Shown one piece after another: positions 1 to 11,410 of a stretch of 64,000 nt of DNA. The first letter of the stretch is position 1. Each line of letters starts with the position of its first letter. A model generated the notes under the pieces. It was not told the DNA's origin. It worked only from the letters and a program-made list of their open reading frames with translations, and did no database searches. The stretch comes from Parasitella parasitica NRRL 2501 (Eukaryota; Fungi; Mucoromycota), in the NCBI GenBank assembly GCA_025201805.1, contig MU619254.1:1-64000 (forward strand), in the 5' to 3' direction. The position numbers and the translations under genes are program-made.

Positions 1-1313
1 CAAGCACATAAATGCTCCCATGACCCTAATAATGTTCCCTTTTGAGCACATTTGTGTTCACCGAGAACATCCAGGAGGCCATAGTGAGATCTATCTTTCT
101 ATTTTACATTAAAGAGAAGATTGGGTAGGATGTCTTCCCGACATCCCGCTATCTGATCTAGATGTATTCTTTGAATAAGCCTGGAACCTTGCAAGAGGTC
201 CAATTACAACTTGTAGCTTATTCCTTATTTGTAAAAGAATTACCAACAATTAATATCATGATCCGTGTATTATGACTAAGTTAGATATGACATATGTAGC
301 CTTTACATGGATACAACAATATACACTTAGACACGTACTATTAATATAAACTGGATAAGACTATACATGAAATGCTATAAGCTTATGGATTGATATTAAT
401 AATCTTCGTATAGTAGATTGATCTGGGTACCTCGGGTGAAGTCTACCTTCTCAATCAAATAGATGTAAGTTATCTTGAGTCTGCTGATATGTTGGTTAGC
501 ACAAAATTAAGGTGCTAGTTACGCAGTATTGTCGTACATGTTAAATTGCGAGAGTAGATCATTTATCCACAGTTTAAGTATATAAAGGTTCATCTACCTG
601 GCCAGTAGATGCACTGGAGCTTTATAAACCTGTCAATTTGATAATAAAACCTATATCTTTATCAAGTTGACGTTATTGTTTTTTTATTATAATTTTTTTC
701 CGTGAATCCATATATAGCAACTTATACCGATTCCACAGTTCTATAAACATCACCGCATTGCTGTCAATTACTTCTTGTCCAATAATATCCACATATACTA
801 TATAGTAAGTATTTCACAGTAAGTAATAACCCTGATAGTAATGTCAACAATTTTAGATACACCAACCGTCCATTAACGTAGTAAAATATTCTACCCTCAC
901 TACTTAGATAATTGTACTCCAAGTGGAACGATAGATTGTATCTATTATCTATGATGAACATGCCATGTTGAGTTCTAAATAAGGAACATGATTCATTGAG
1001 ATATGTTCCTGGATTGTATTCAAAACTGAGTTTACTTGAGTTTGACTTTCGGTTGGGAATAAATTGACACATATCAAACGTTTTATTTTATACTTTTCTT
1101 TTTTTCGATCTTGCAGATATCTCAACTCACTGATTTTGACATGAAGTTTTTATTCTTTTACTATTCTAACTGTTTAATATTTTCTTTTTATCATCATCCA
1201 TCATATCATATCATCTAATATGATACCATCATCGCATTGCGTTATACGTAATTACTGCGCAGCATCATGCTACCATTACGGTCAATACTGTTAAAAACTT
1301 ACAAAGGCATAAA

Positions 1314-1409
1314 GCTCCCTTAGCTCAGCCTGGTTAGAGCGTCGTGCTTATAGTCTTCAACTATACTAGAGTCACGCGAAGGTCGCGAGTTCGATCCTCG
1401 CATGGAGCT
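1314..1409 (+). tRNA. tRNA-Ile(TAT) with a 21-nt intron (1353-1373)
   Basis: Cloverleaf: GCTCCCT/ATGGAGC acceptor stem, GCTC/GAGC D stem, TCGTG/CGCGA anticodon stem with TAT at 1349-1351, intron after position 37, GCGAG-TTCGATC-CTCGC T arm, followed by a poly-T Pol III terminator. Confidence 0.92.
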
Positions 1410-1509
1410 CTTTTTTTTTAACTTTTCCCAATTCAAAGCGGAATTGTGTCGTGTGGAGATGTCGTGAGCAGAGATGGGATTACTATAAGATATAAGTATA
1501 GGATATTTA

Positions 1510-1749
1510 AGAGATAAAAAGATGCCGTTTATTCTTTTGTACTTTGATAGATATTTATATTGACTAAAAGGTTACACACAAGGTCAGTGTGAACCTGACA
1601 CAGAGATGTGTTGGTTTTGTGTTGTTTTGATAAATGTATATAAAGTATAAAGTAAGAGATGAAAGATAGACGATGTTTATTCTTTTGTATTTCAACTGAT
1701 ATTTATAATAACTAAAAGTGTTACACACAAAGTCTGTGTGTACCTGACA
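1510..1749. repeat. Degenerate direct duplication (~90-nt core, ~150-nt period)
   Basis: gtttattcttttgta...gatatttata...actaaaag(t)gttacacacaa.gtc.gtgtg.acctgaca occurs at ~1527-1600 and again at ~1675-1749. Confidence 0.8.
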
Positions 1750-2289
1750 GTGGAAAATGACAAGTTGTTCTTTGTAATTGTTTATCTTAAAACAATAAAG
1801 GGCACCTGTTATAGATCAGTATAAACTGATCATCACATAAAAAAAATCTCCGTAAATAGTATGAATATGAACTTCAAATTACCCCAGAATATTCCACAAA
1901 GATCACAATCATCAAGACTAGGCTAGCATGGATTAAGAAGACGTAATCCAATATCAAGAACAAATAGAAACAACTCCAACACTCGTCAAATCCGCCATTG
2001 GTTATCTCTTTATCAATCCTTGCTGCCAAGACGTCCTGGATGAATAATCCAATATAATTTAGGTTCATATCCATAATCATTTACCCTTGGAAAACTAGTA
2101 TAAAAAGATAGTTTTTAATTGACATTTTGATGAGCTTCGTCTAAAAAATAAATAACAGTTTTAAAAGTATTTTTAATATATCTTTTACTAGTAATTTCAC
2201 AGCATCTTTTTAACCCTTATAAAATTATTGGAATCTACTCTAAATCATTCATTTCTGCGCACAACACTAGTGTAATGCGGTGGCATTTG

Positions 2290-2950
2290 TATGTTACAGT
2301 AGTCTTTTGTATTTAATTAGTTAACCGCAAACTGGTACTTGGTCACTGGCTTCACCTTTCTTGTTTTTAAATCTTCATCATTCTTGAATTTACTATAAGC
2401 TGACTGTAGACTTGATTTTAGCCCAGAAATGTTCGATAGGGTTAAAAAAAATTCAGCCTAGTATACAGGAAAGAAACAACAATTGTCGCCTCTAACAGTT
2501 ATCAACTTGATAACTTCATGCCCGCTACGAATAGAGCAGGGTCTATGACAATGTAAAGTCGGTTCATTGTGGGGTTTATCCATTTTATCAAAGTTCTTAG
2601 ATAAAAATGAGAAAATAGCCTGCCTTGCTGCCAGATCTTGATTTTCTTTTGGGGGGCAGTAGTCTTTCTATTATGTGCTCCATCCACCTTAATCCTTTTA
2701 GTTTCCTCTAGTAGCCTCATATCTAGATTAATCACATCTCGTGGAGAAATAGTGCCCAAAGTAGAGTGTGATGCGTCAGCCAACGGAACTTGGCTTTTCA
2801 AAAACTTCATGATTCCATTCGCAATGCCACATTCATTCGTGGCCGGGATAATCATCCTTAATCCACTCATATACTCAGAACTTTGGCATGTACTACGCCT
2901 TACTGTCTTGCTTTTTGTTTAAAAGTGTAGGCGCTTCTCAACTTGACTAT
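2290..2950 (-). mobile_element. Degenerate Tc1/IS630-like (DDE_3) transposase remnant
   Basis: Minus strand gives STLGTISPRDVI...LYIVID followed by a frameshifted PVY..NPIEHFWAKIKS, matching the TILGAIS...YIVMDNA...LPPYSPELNPIE.FW pattern; several frameshifts and stops. Confidence 0.8.
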
Positions 2951-3455
2951 TGAATTTCCCCTAGAATCTCTTTTGAAACAGTCATTTTAGCAGAAATTAT
3001 GAGCAAATATCTGATATTCGCGATTATTTATAAAAAAAAAATAAACTGTTTTTGCAGATAATATTAGGGAGTCGAAGCACCCGGCACATTCACTGCTGAA
3101 ATTAATGAAACCAACATAGTACGCCCCTTCGAATGGCAACCGTGCTTTTTCCGTATTCAATCTCTCAAACATTTATCAATAAAAAAATACCCCTTCACTG
3201 GAACCTTCTCTACAAGAAAATGAACTCAACGCTGATGAAAATGGCTGGGTGTTGAAGCAAGATGGAAAATGGGTTCATCAAGTTATCACCCATATGTTTT
3301 ATATAATGTAATGGCATTATCCTGATCGAAGTTGGAATAGATAGCGGTTTTCAATAAACTTGTACATCTTTAAATTCAATAGCGTTACTTTTTCGTTCAT
3401 GATTGTTTAGAATAACAAAATATAGCCAGAAAAATACAATTAGAACTGAATATAT

Positions 3456-3790
3456 TTATTTTGCTATTCCAAGATTCAATGCAGATTTAAACCAGTGTAT
3501 GTTTTGAAGGTATATATAGTTATTTGACAGTGCCGCAGCGATAGGACCATGATCTAGGATGAGGGATAATTGGGTACACCTTGAACCAATCCCTAGGAGC
3601 TTGGTGGATAAGAGTTTCCGAGTTACCAGTAAGACAAGAGCATAGATACGTATAAAGGATAGAATGTTGTTCCTGGTAGCTTTGATGGAAGAACATTCAT
3701 CAGGATTAAACACCGACCTCAGGAACCAAATGTCATAGGATATCACCACTTTGTACTGGGATAAAGATTCGCCATTCAATGTTACCACTT
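3456..3790 (-). mobile_element. Probable decayed LINE reverse-transcriptase fragment
   Basis: LNGESL...FNPDE..SIKATRNNILSFI...RKLLSTK resembles the post-RT region of Mucorales non-LTR ORF2 as I recall it; heavily degenerate. Confidence 0.45.
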
Positions 3791-5237
3791 ATGTCTCTTT
3801 GCCATGTCTAAATAAAGTCATTCCATTCTACTACGCATTTCTACTCATGCTCGCTTTATGATGTATTATACAGAGTATAATACATTACCGCTAAGATTTG
3901 ATCTGTATCCTAAACAATGATGACTTATATATTTCACTTTTTTTCACTTTATCAAGTGATTCTTTCCCCCAGCTCAAGTCAAGAAACTTTTTTTATTGAT
4001 TCTACGTACATAATTAAAACAATATGAATTCAAAAGAGTATACTTGTTGTTCAAGACGCACAGACTTTTTTGTTTTTTTTTTGTTTATCAAATGAAGTCT
4101 GTACAGAAAACATTAGCACATATAAAGCAGTGAAATAATGATAAATTTTTATTGAAGACAATTCATTCTGTTTTTCTGAATCCACGTTATAAAGCAATAC
4201 TCATTCTGACACTAGCTAAAATATGCTAATGCTTTGTATTAAATAATCCAATCCTCCCCACTCCTCTAAACCATTTTATTTTTCAATACTGGATAAAACG
4301 CATACAGCAGAGCACATGGCCTAAAAGGCATAGTAATGAATGTATAAGCTACATTTATGCAATAATAATTTAAGTGAGTACAGTATTACTTGCAATGCCC
4401 ATAGAATGGTTAGATTTCAAGTGAAAAATCATTTTCGACTAAAATTCTATATCATATGGTGCATACGTTATTTCTGCAAATCCATCAACCTCTCCTCGCA
4501 AGACTTTATTCGAAGGATGGCCGCAGCATAAATAGGGGGGGGGGTATATAAGTCTCAGAGAGCAACTAATACAGCAGAGATTTTCAGTTTGTGAGAGAAA
4601 CTGCAACTTGTATATTTGAAGGCGTGAAAGAAATAATACCATTTTAGATATCGAGAAACAATTGCTATTGAGCACTTGTAACGGTGTTTTCTGTCATGCG
4701 AAGAGCAGGGTCTGGATGTACAATTGTCAAGTTGTTTTGGGATATAGAATAAAAATATTTTAGAAGATGCAAGTGATTTGCGATGTTTACAGTGGCAAGA
4801 ATAAAAAAAAAATCTAAAATACGCCCCAACTTACAATCTACTGACTTGCGTGGTAGCTATGATAAAGCTTTTTAGCACATGTTCAGCAGATCATACTATA
4901 AAATATGACACATTATATTATCAATCCATCGCTATTTTCCGACTTATGAGGTCATTTCAAGTGCTTGAAATCTACACATGGAGGGCAGTGCTTGGTAAAT
5001 ATTGCCTTCCTCTTTTACACAATGTTATGGGTCAGCAGTATTTATTAATCTTGAGAATGTTGATTTGGCCCATTGTCTGTAGAGTATTATACTTGCAATG
5101 GATGTTTCAAAACGTTATCCCGCGCTGACACCATTGTCTTTAGGCACGGAGACTGCACTTTTAATTAATGCCGTTCATCCTAAATCATTCTTTGTTTTTA
5201 TTCCCTCTTGATTCTGTCATCTACAAACAAAAGCAAT

Positions 5238-7134
5238 ATGGCAAGCTCCACAACTGAATGCCGAAAACGCAGACCAGCTGATTTCAAGGATCGCAGCCAA
5301 GAAAACAATAAGCGTCAATTGGTACAAAATACACTACATTATTTCTTTCAAAAAGATACTACTACTGCGCAAAAGGAGGTAAAAAAGGAGGTGGGAAAGG
5401 AGATAGACAACAATGGAAATAATATAACCAAGGACGTCAAAGAAACCAAGGAGAAGCCAGAAGAGATGCAGTCTAGCACATGTCCAGTTTGCGGCACATT
5501 GTTTACAGACGGACACATTGAAACGTACGAGACTCATGTTAATTCTTGCTTGGAAAATGCCTGTGAATCTTCAAACGAAAAGACTGTCCGTAAATCATGG
5601 TCAAAGATATTTAGTGGGGCAGCATACAAGATCCGTGGCATCTGGAGTCATCAAAAGAATGACACTGCACCTGGACTGAGTGAGAGCGAAACAAGTTGGT
5701 TTGGTGAGCCCAAAGGAAACGCCGCAACAACAGCAACACCCAAACGTCGATTGGTTCCTTATTACAAAAGATTAGCAGGAACCAAGATGGTTGTGGATGC
5801 GTTTACATTTGGGGAGATCCCGGATTGCGAAGGATATCTATTAACTCATTATCACAGCGACCATTATATGGGGCTTTCACCCAACTGGATCCACGGCCCC
5901 ATCTACTGCTCAGAAATTACAGCCAGATTAGTGGAGCGGAAATTGGGCGTCTCTCCAGACTTCATATTCCCTTTACCGATGGACAAGCCTTGTTTACTCT
6001 CAGGCACAGATCAGTTGAGGGTTACACTGATTGACGCTAACCATTGTCCGGGCGCTGTGTTATTCTTGGTTACAACAAATGATAATTTGAGGTATTTACA
6101 TACAGGAGATTTCAGAGCCTGTCCCAAAATGTGTCTCCACCCCATGTTGAGGGAGCAGCCGCTTGATATTGTGTACTTGGATACGACCTATCTCGACCCC
6201 AAATACTCATTCCCGTCACAAGCTTCATGCGTGCAAGCAGCATGTGATCTGATTAGACGTCATAATGGTGTTAACAACGAAGATCCATTGTCTTTGAGGG
6301 AAAAGAGGCTAGATCACTGGTTTACACAAGAAAAAAAGGAAATCATCAATAGTCATGGACCGCCCATTGTCGACGACAACAAGAGGCTATTGGTTGTTGT
6401 TGGTACCTACTCGCTCGGAAAAGAAAACGTTTTTATAGGTAATCTAGTCATGATGGCAATGTGTCCTGCATATTAATTTATACTTGTTGATAGAAATAGC
6501 GAAAACTTTAAATAGCAAAATATTCGTGACAGATCAGAAAAGAGCAATTCTAGAGTGCTTCCACGACCAAGAACTAGAGGCACGTTTGACGGATCAAGGA
6601 CGAGAAGCTCAGGTCCATGTAATCCCATTAGGCCATATACAAGCAGAGGTACGTATCGCTAAATATCAGTTTGGAGCTTCTTGACACTAAATTTTGATCC
6701 GAAAGAATCTCGAGGCCTATTTTCGAAGCTTGCAACCCCATTTCACTCAAATGATTGCATTTAGACCAACTGGTTGGACGTTCCGTGCATCATCTGACCC
6801 TCAGTTACAGCATCAACAAAGGTCACTTGAATCTATAATCAGGGCAAGGCCAGCTGATCTTGGTGCTTCTACGCTAAAGCCAATTTATGATACCCCATTA
6901 GTAAAGATCTATGGCGTGCCTTACTCAGAGCACTCGAGCTATCGGGAGTTAGCACTATTTATTGCCAGTTTAGACATTCGCCGAATCGTACCTACCGTCA
7001 ATGTTTACAATGAAAGGAGTAGACTCAAAATGAGCTTATTGTTTGACAAATGGCACCGAGATAGGAGCAAGTTGGTCCAAGACAATGGTGGTAAAATTAA
7101 AGTGATTGATTATCCCTCTGTCGACTGTTGGTAG
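5238..7134 (+). CDS. PSO2: DNA cross-link repair nuclease SNM1A/Pso2 (UBZ4 finger + beta-CASP metallo-beta-lactamase), 3 exons
   Basis: CPVCG..HVNSC finger; THYHSDHY, DANHCPGA, LHTGDFR, YLDTTY and VPYSEHSS motifs. Introns 6439-6493 and 6649-6705 join the frames. Confidence 0.93.
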
Positions 7135-7468
7135 CTATTTGACATTGCAAGCATGCCTTGATAAATAATCCTCAGTCAGATGAGAGTCAATGGCCTGTGC
7201 TACTTGGACAATACAGCAGTTTTTTTTTTTCTTTTTTCATGGTATTATTAACCGAGACGACTGGTGGTTGTGTGCATATTCTTTTGCAAATAAACGGGTG
7301 CTCATTCATCGCAATTACCAGGACAATAAGGTCAAGGGAACCAGGCTTGACGAGCTAAAAATGGAAAGGGATACTTTCTCATCAGCTGAGAAGATAAATA
7401 GAGGCCAGTTTTCGCTTCTTGATGATTATTTTTCTCCCTTTGTTTCTCACTTTTAATACAACATCAAT

Positions 7469-8380
7469 ATGTACTCCAACCAACACCAGCAACAAGAATA
7501 CGCTCACGACACACCTGACCACAGCTCATATTACGGTAGAAGTCCAACCGGCTTTCAGCCATCGAGATCCATAAACTTTGGTGCTATGGCCATCAACCCC
7601 TCTAACATGCAATTTTCTGATCCTAACAGCAATTGGTTTGGAACCAGCATGGATTCAAATACCTCTTCTTTTGGCCAATCTCCCGACGGACGAGATTTAT
7701 TGGTAACTCCTTCAAACTCTACAGGCCCTATCAAGTATGATGATGAAGAGCCAAACCAACGAATGTAAGTATTTCTTTCTGACTGAAAAAAGTCCACATA
7801 TACTCATTAAGCACGTAGCCATCAAGAGATGTTTGAAAAGAGAAGAAGAAGACGTGAGTCGCACAATGCCGTAGAAAGAAGAAGAAGAGACAACATCAAC
7901 GAAAGAATCCAAGAATTATCTACCTTGCTACCAGACCATTTGCTTGAATCTGTCCCTGCTAGCTCAAACGTAATGTCTGTTACAACAGGCCAAAATGGCG
8001 CAAACGGAAAGCCTATCAACAAAGGCACCATTCTTAAGCTGTCTGTTGATCACATCAAGGAATTGAAAGACGAAGTTGCAAACAGCAAAAACAGAATTCA
8101 GGAGCTTGAACGCCTTGTTGATCTTGCAAGAAGAGATAAAACTGCTTTTATGCATCACTTGGAAGCCGAGAAAAACAAAATGGACTTGTATCAGCAGCAG
8201 CAACAGCAACAGCAGCAACAGCAGCAACAGCAGCAACAGCAGCAACAACAGCAACAACAGCAACAGCAACAACATATGAGCAGTTTGTTGGGGTTAAAGC
8301 GTGAAGCAGTTGGATCAATACAATTTCAGCAACAGTTTGGTGAGCTTCATATCAATGGGAGAAAAAACCAGCAACCATAA
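7469..8380 (+). CDS. bHLH-leucine zipper transcription factor (MiT/TFE/Rtg3-like) with poly-Q
   Basis: [23 protein letters not shown]...[16 protein letters not shown]; intron 7765-7818 restores the frame. Confidence 0.9.
8192..8272 (+). repeat. CAG/CAA repeat encoding Q27
   Basis: 27 consecutive CAG/CAA codons in the bHLH gene. Confidence 0.95.
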
Positions 8381-8933
8381 CCGGCCCTTATTATTATTTA
8401 ACATTATATGAATGTCCTTTTCATATACACTATATTTATAATACCCCCCCCCCCCTCCCCTCAAACATGACCATCACTATATATTCTTTCGTTCTTTCAC
8501 ATCATTTTATTTTATATACCATAAATCTCTCTATATTATCATCTTTAAAGCGTGTATTGTAATTTCTTTTTTTTATAAATTGTTATTGTTACACTGCATA
8601 TTTTGCTTTTTTTAGAATTACTTCGCCCTCTTTGCTGCGTGCATTTTCATCCCAAGCACAAATGGTGCAATTGGGAACAATGAGGGTGAACCAAGCCTAA
8701 GCATTTTGTTGCAAGCTACTACACAACATTAACGTTGTCATAAAATAAAAGCAAAAATTACAGTATTCTTGAGAGAGAGAGAGAAAAAAAAATAGTTGAT
8801 TGTTTACGAGAAACTGTATCATATTAAAAAATTTAAAGCAAAATCTTGCAAGAAACCCTTGAAGCATACGCTATAAACCGGAACTTGTTTCACTTATACG
8901 ACACACGGAGCTCTCTAGAAAGAAGCCGCATCG

Positions 8934-10903
8934 TTAGACAATAAGATTCTCATCTGCCCAAAGCTTAAATGTACGATCGTAACCGGACGAAGCAATAAAG
9001 TTGTTGTCTAAGAGAATCAAAGACCAATTAGCCCAAACCAACATTTGACTACGACCAACAACCGGTACCTTTTGATATATCCACACCCATGACTTTTCCA
9101 TCATGGCCATCTAAACTCTTTATCAACTTGAAATCATCCCCTGACCAGATCTTGACGCAACCATCATATCCAGAGGTAGTCAGGTACAAGCCAGCAATAT
9201 TATGGGGGTCAGACGCACTATTGTTATTTGTACCAGGAACGCCTTTGCTATACTTCACATCGGACACAAGTGATTGATGGGCTGAAATCGTATACAAATT
9301 ACGAAGGGTGCGCACATCCCAAATTTTCACGGTGTTATCTGCACTCGCTGACGCTAAATGGTATCCATTAGGCGACCAATCTAAGCCTAAAATATCTTTC
9401 ATGTGTCCTTCGAGTGTCATGGATGATGTGCCAGTTCTCATATCCCAAACTCTGCCAATGGCATCCAAACCACTTGGGGACAAAAAGTAAGAGTTTATCG
9501 ACCATCTTTCTCCGTGAAAGCCACTTACCCTGTAGCAACCAAGCTTCCATCATCCTGAAACGCAATAGAATACACTTCTTTAGCATGGCCCTCTTGTAAT
9601 AGTAATTCTTGTGCTGTTGTCACGTCCCACAAACGCCATGTACCATCAAAACTCGCACTGCCCAGATATTTGCCAGACGGATGAAATCCAATTCTTGCAA
9701 CTCGTCTGGCATGACCCTTCAAGGTTGCAATAGGCGATTCACTAATTCGACCATGTCAAACTACTGCTTTTTTCTTTCTTTCCTAGTAAAGCAACAAAAT
9801 ACCTCTCTAAATTCCAGAGTTGAATCAATCCATCGGCACCACTAGATGCTATATTTAATGCGCTCTTTTCTTGCGATATGGTAGCTTCAGGATGAAAAGC
9901 AACGCCTCCCACTTTGTCGTTGTGCCCCTTCAGTGTCAATACTCTTTCACAGTTGGGCACCGTCCAAACCTTGCAAAGCCCAGACCAGGAACCAGTAACC
10001 AACAACTTGGAGTCGGGACTGAAGGCACATTGTGCAATTGGGCGTTCATCAGCGATTTGCGAAGACCAATTTGAGTACGCCTTGAGTTTCGTGTGCAATT
10101 CTTTTCTGCTGGCTTTTAATAACGCTAATGGGATAGTGGATTCTTCTTTTTGTCTATCATTTCGTTGCTTTGCTCTATTGAGTGGAATGAGTGGCAGGAT
10201 ATCTCAGGAACGAAGCACTATGCTAACCTGGGCAGCGAGTATTTAGTTATCCATTTCCTTGCTTCCAGTAATTCTGCTGATCCAGGCGTAAAAAATTCTT
10301 CATCCTTATACCATTTTGTTAGATTGACATTCTATTCCAACAGTGCTGTGCTGCAAAAAAAAAAAAAAAATCACCTCTTCTTCTGCCTCACTTCCAGAGT
10401 CCTCTTCACTTTCAACCTCATGACCTTGTATTTTAGAGAGCAAATATCTAAGACGATCACGACGGTCTCCAGGCTAGCAAAACCACACGTTAGAATCAAA
10501 TAAAATCGGTAGATGACCAAACTCACTCCTTCACCAAAGAGACATTGTGGCTCGCCAATATCTCGAAGTCTCTGCCGCACACGGCCATCATCCGTTGGCA
10601 CAGCAATCTGAAAGGCTCTTTTCCTTCTTTCGAATTCTGCTAAAACTTGTTTATCGGCTTCGCCGACATTTACAGAATAAGCTGGTTCCACGCTGTCAGC
10701 TAAACAATGTTGTCAGTACACCATCAGTATAATGACTTGTATGCCTATTTACCTAATGCGTCGAGGTCAATGGTGCCATTATTAGATGTGGGTGTGCCTT
10801 CATCTGTACGTGCTCTTTTCACAGATTCTTGACCTTCTAATGAACCAAAATGCACGCGTGGCTTTGATGTAAGTCTTGAAATCTGCGAAGGCTCGTTGTC
10901 CAT
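8934..10903 (-). CDS. PRP4: U4/U6 snRNP WD40 protein Prp4 (multi-exon)
   Basis: SFM motif [25 protein letters not shown], then EEFFTPG and WD repeats ([31 protein letters not shown]); ends [14 protein letters not shown]. Confidence 0.93.
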
Positions 10904-11410
10904 TATTTTTATCTTGGAAGGTTAAAAGAGCAACTCTTTTCAGCTGGCAGAATATCAAACTTTTAAACACGGTGACTGTGATGGCACAACGATCTTTGAA
11001 GCGAGTAGGGCAAATGCAGCCCAAAAGACTAATGACTCTCGATTAGAATTTGCTGTCTTGCCAGCGTGAAGTTTTTAATTGGCCCTTTGTCTAATATCTT
11101 GATCAGGAGTTGATAAAGACCTTTGCAATGATTGTATGTAATCAACACGTTTGTTGCTATGTAGAATCTACTTCGAAAAGAAGCAAGCCGAAAAGAGACA
11201 TAACAAAACTGTTAGTGGGCCAGCAGTGTCAATATATTCCTTCAAATACAAATAAAAATTACAGTTGACAACAACATATATTTACTGAATTGCATTTTGT
11301 CTAGAAAATAAATGCAATGTGTTGGATTTTGTTTTTTTTATGCAAGATACATGTTTGCAGACATGTTTGTATATGAAAGAAAAATGTGCAACAAGTATAA
11401 GGGGGTGATT

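Noticed and set aside
7132-7161. TAG-CTA readthrough-like context at the PSO2 stop
   Set aside because: The extension (LFDIASMP) has no PTS1 or other signal, and the stop is TAG rather than TGA.
7964-8275. Poly-Leu ORFs (also 39927-40112)
   Set aside because: Antisense reading of CAG/CAA repeats.
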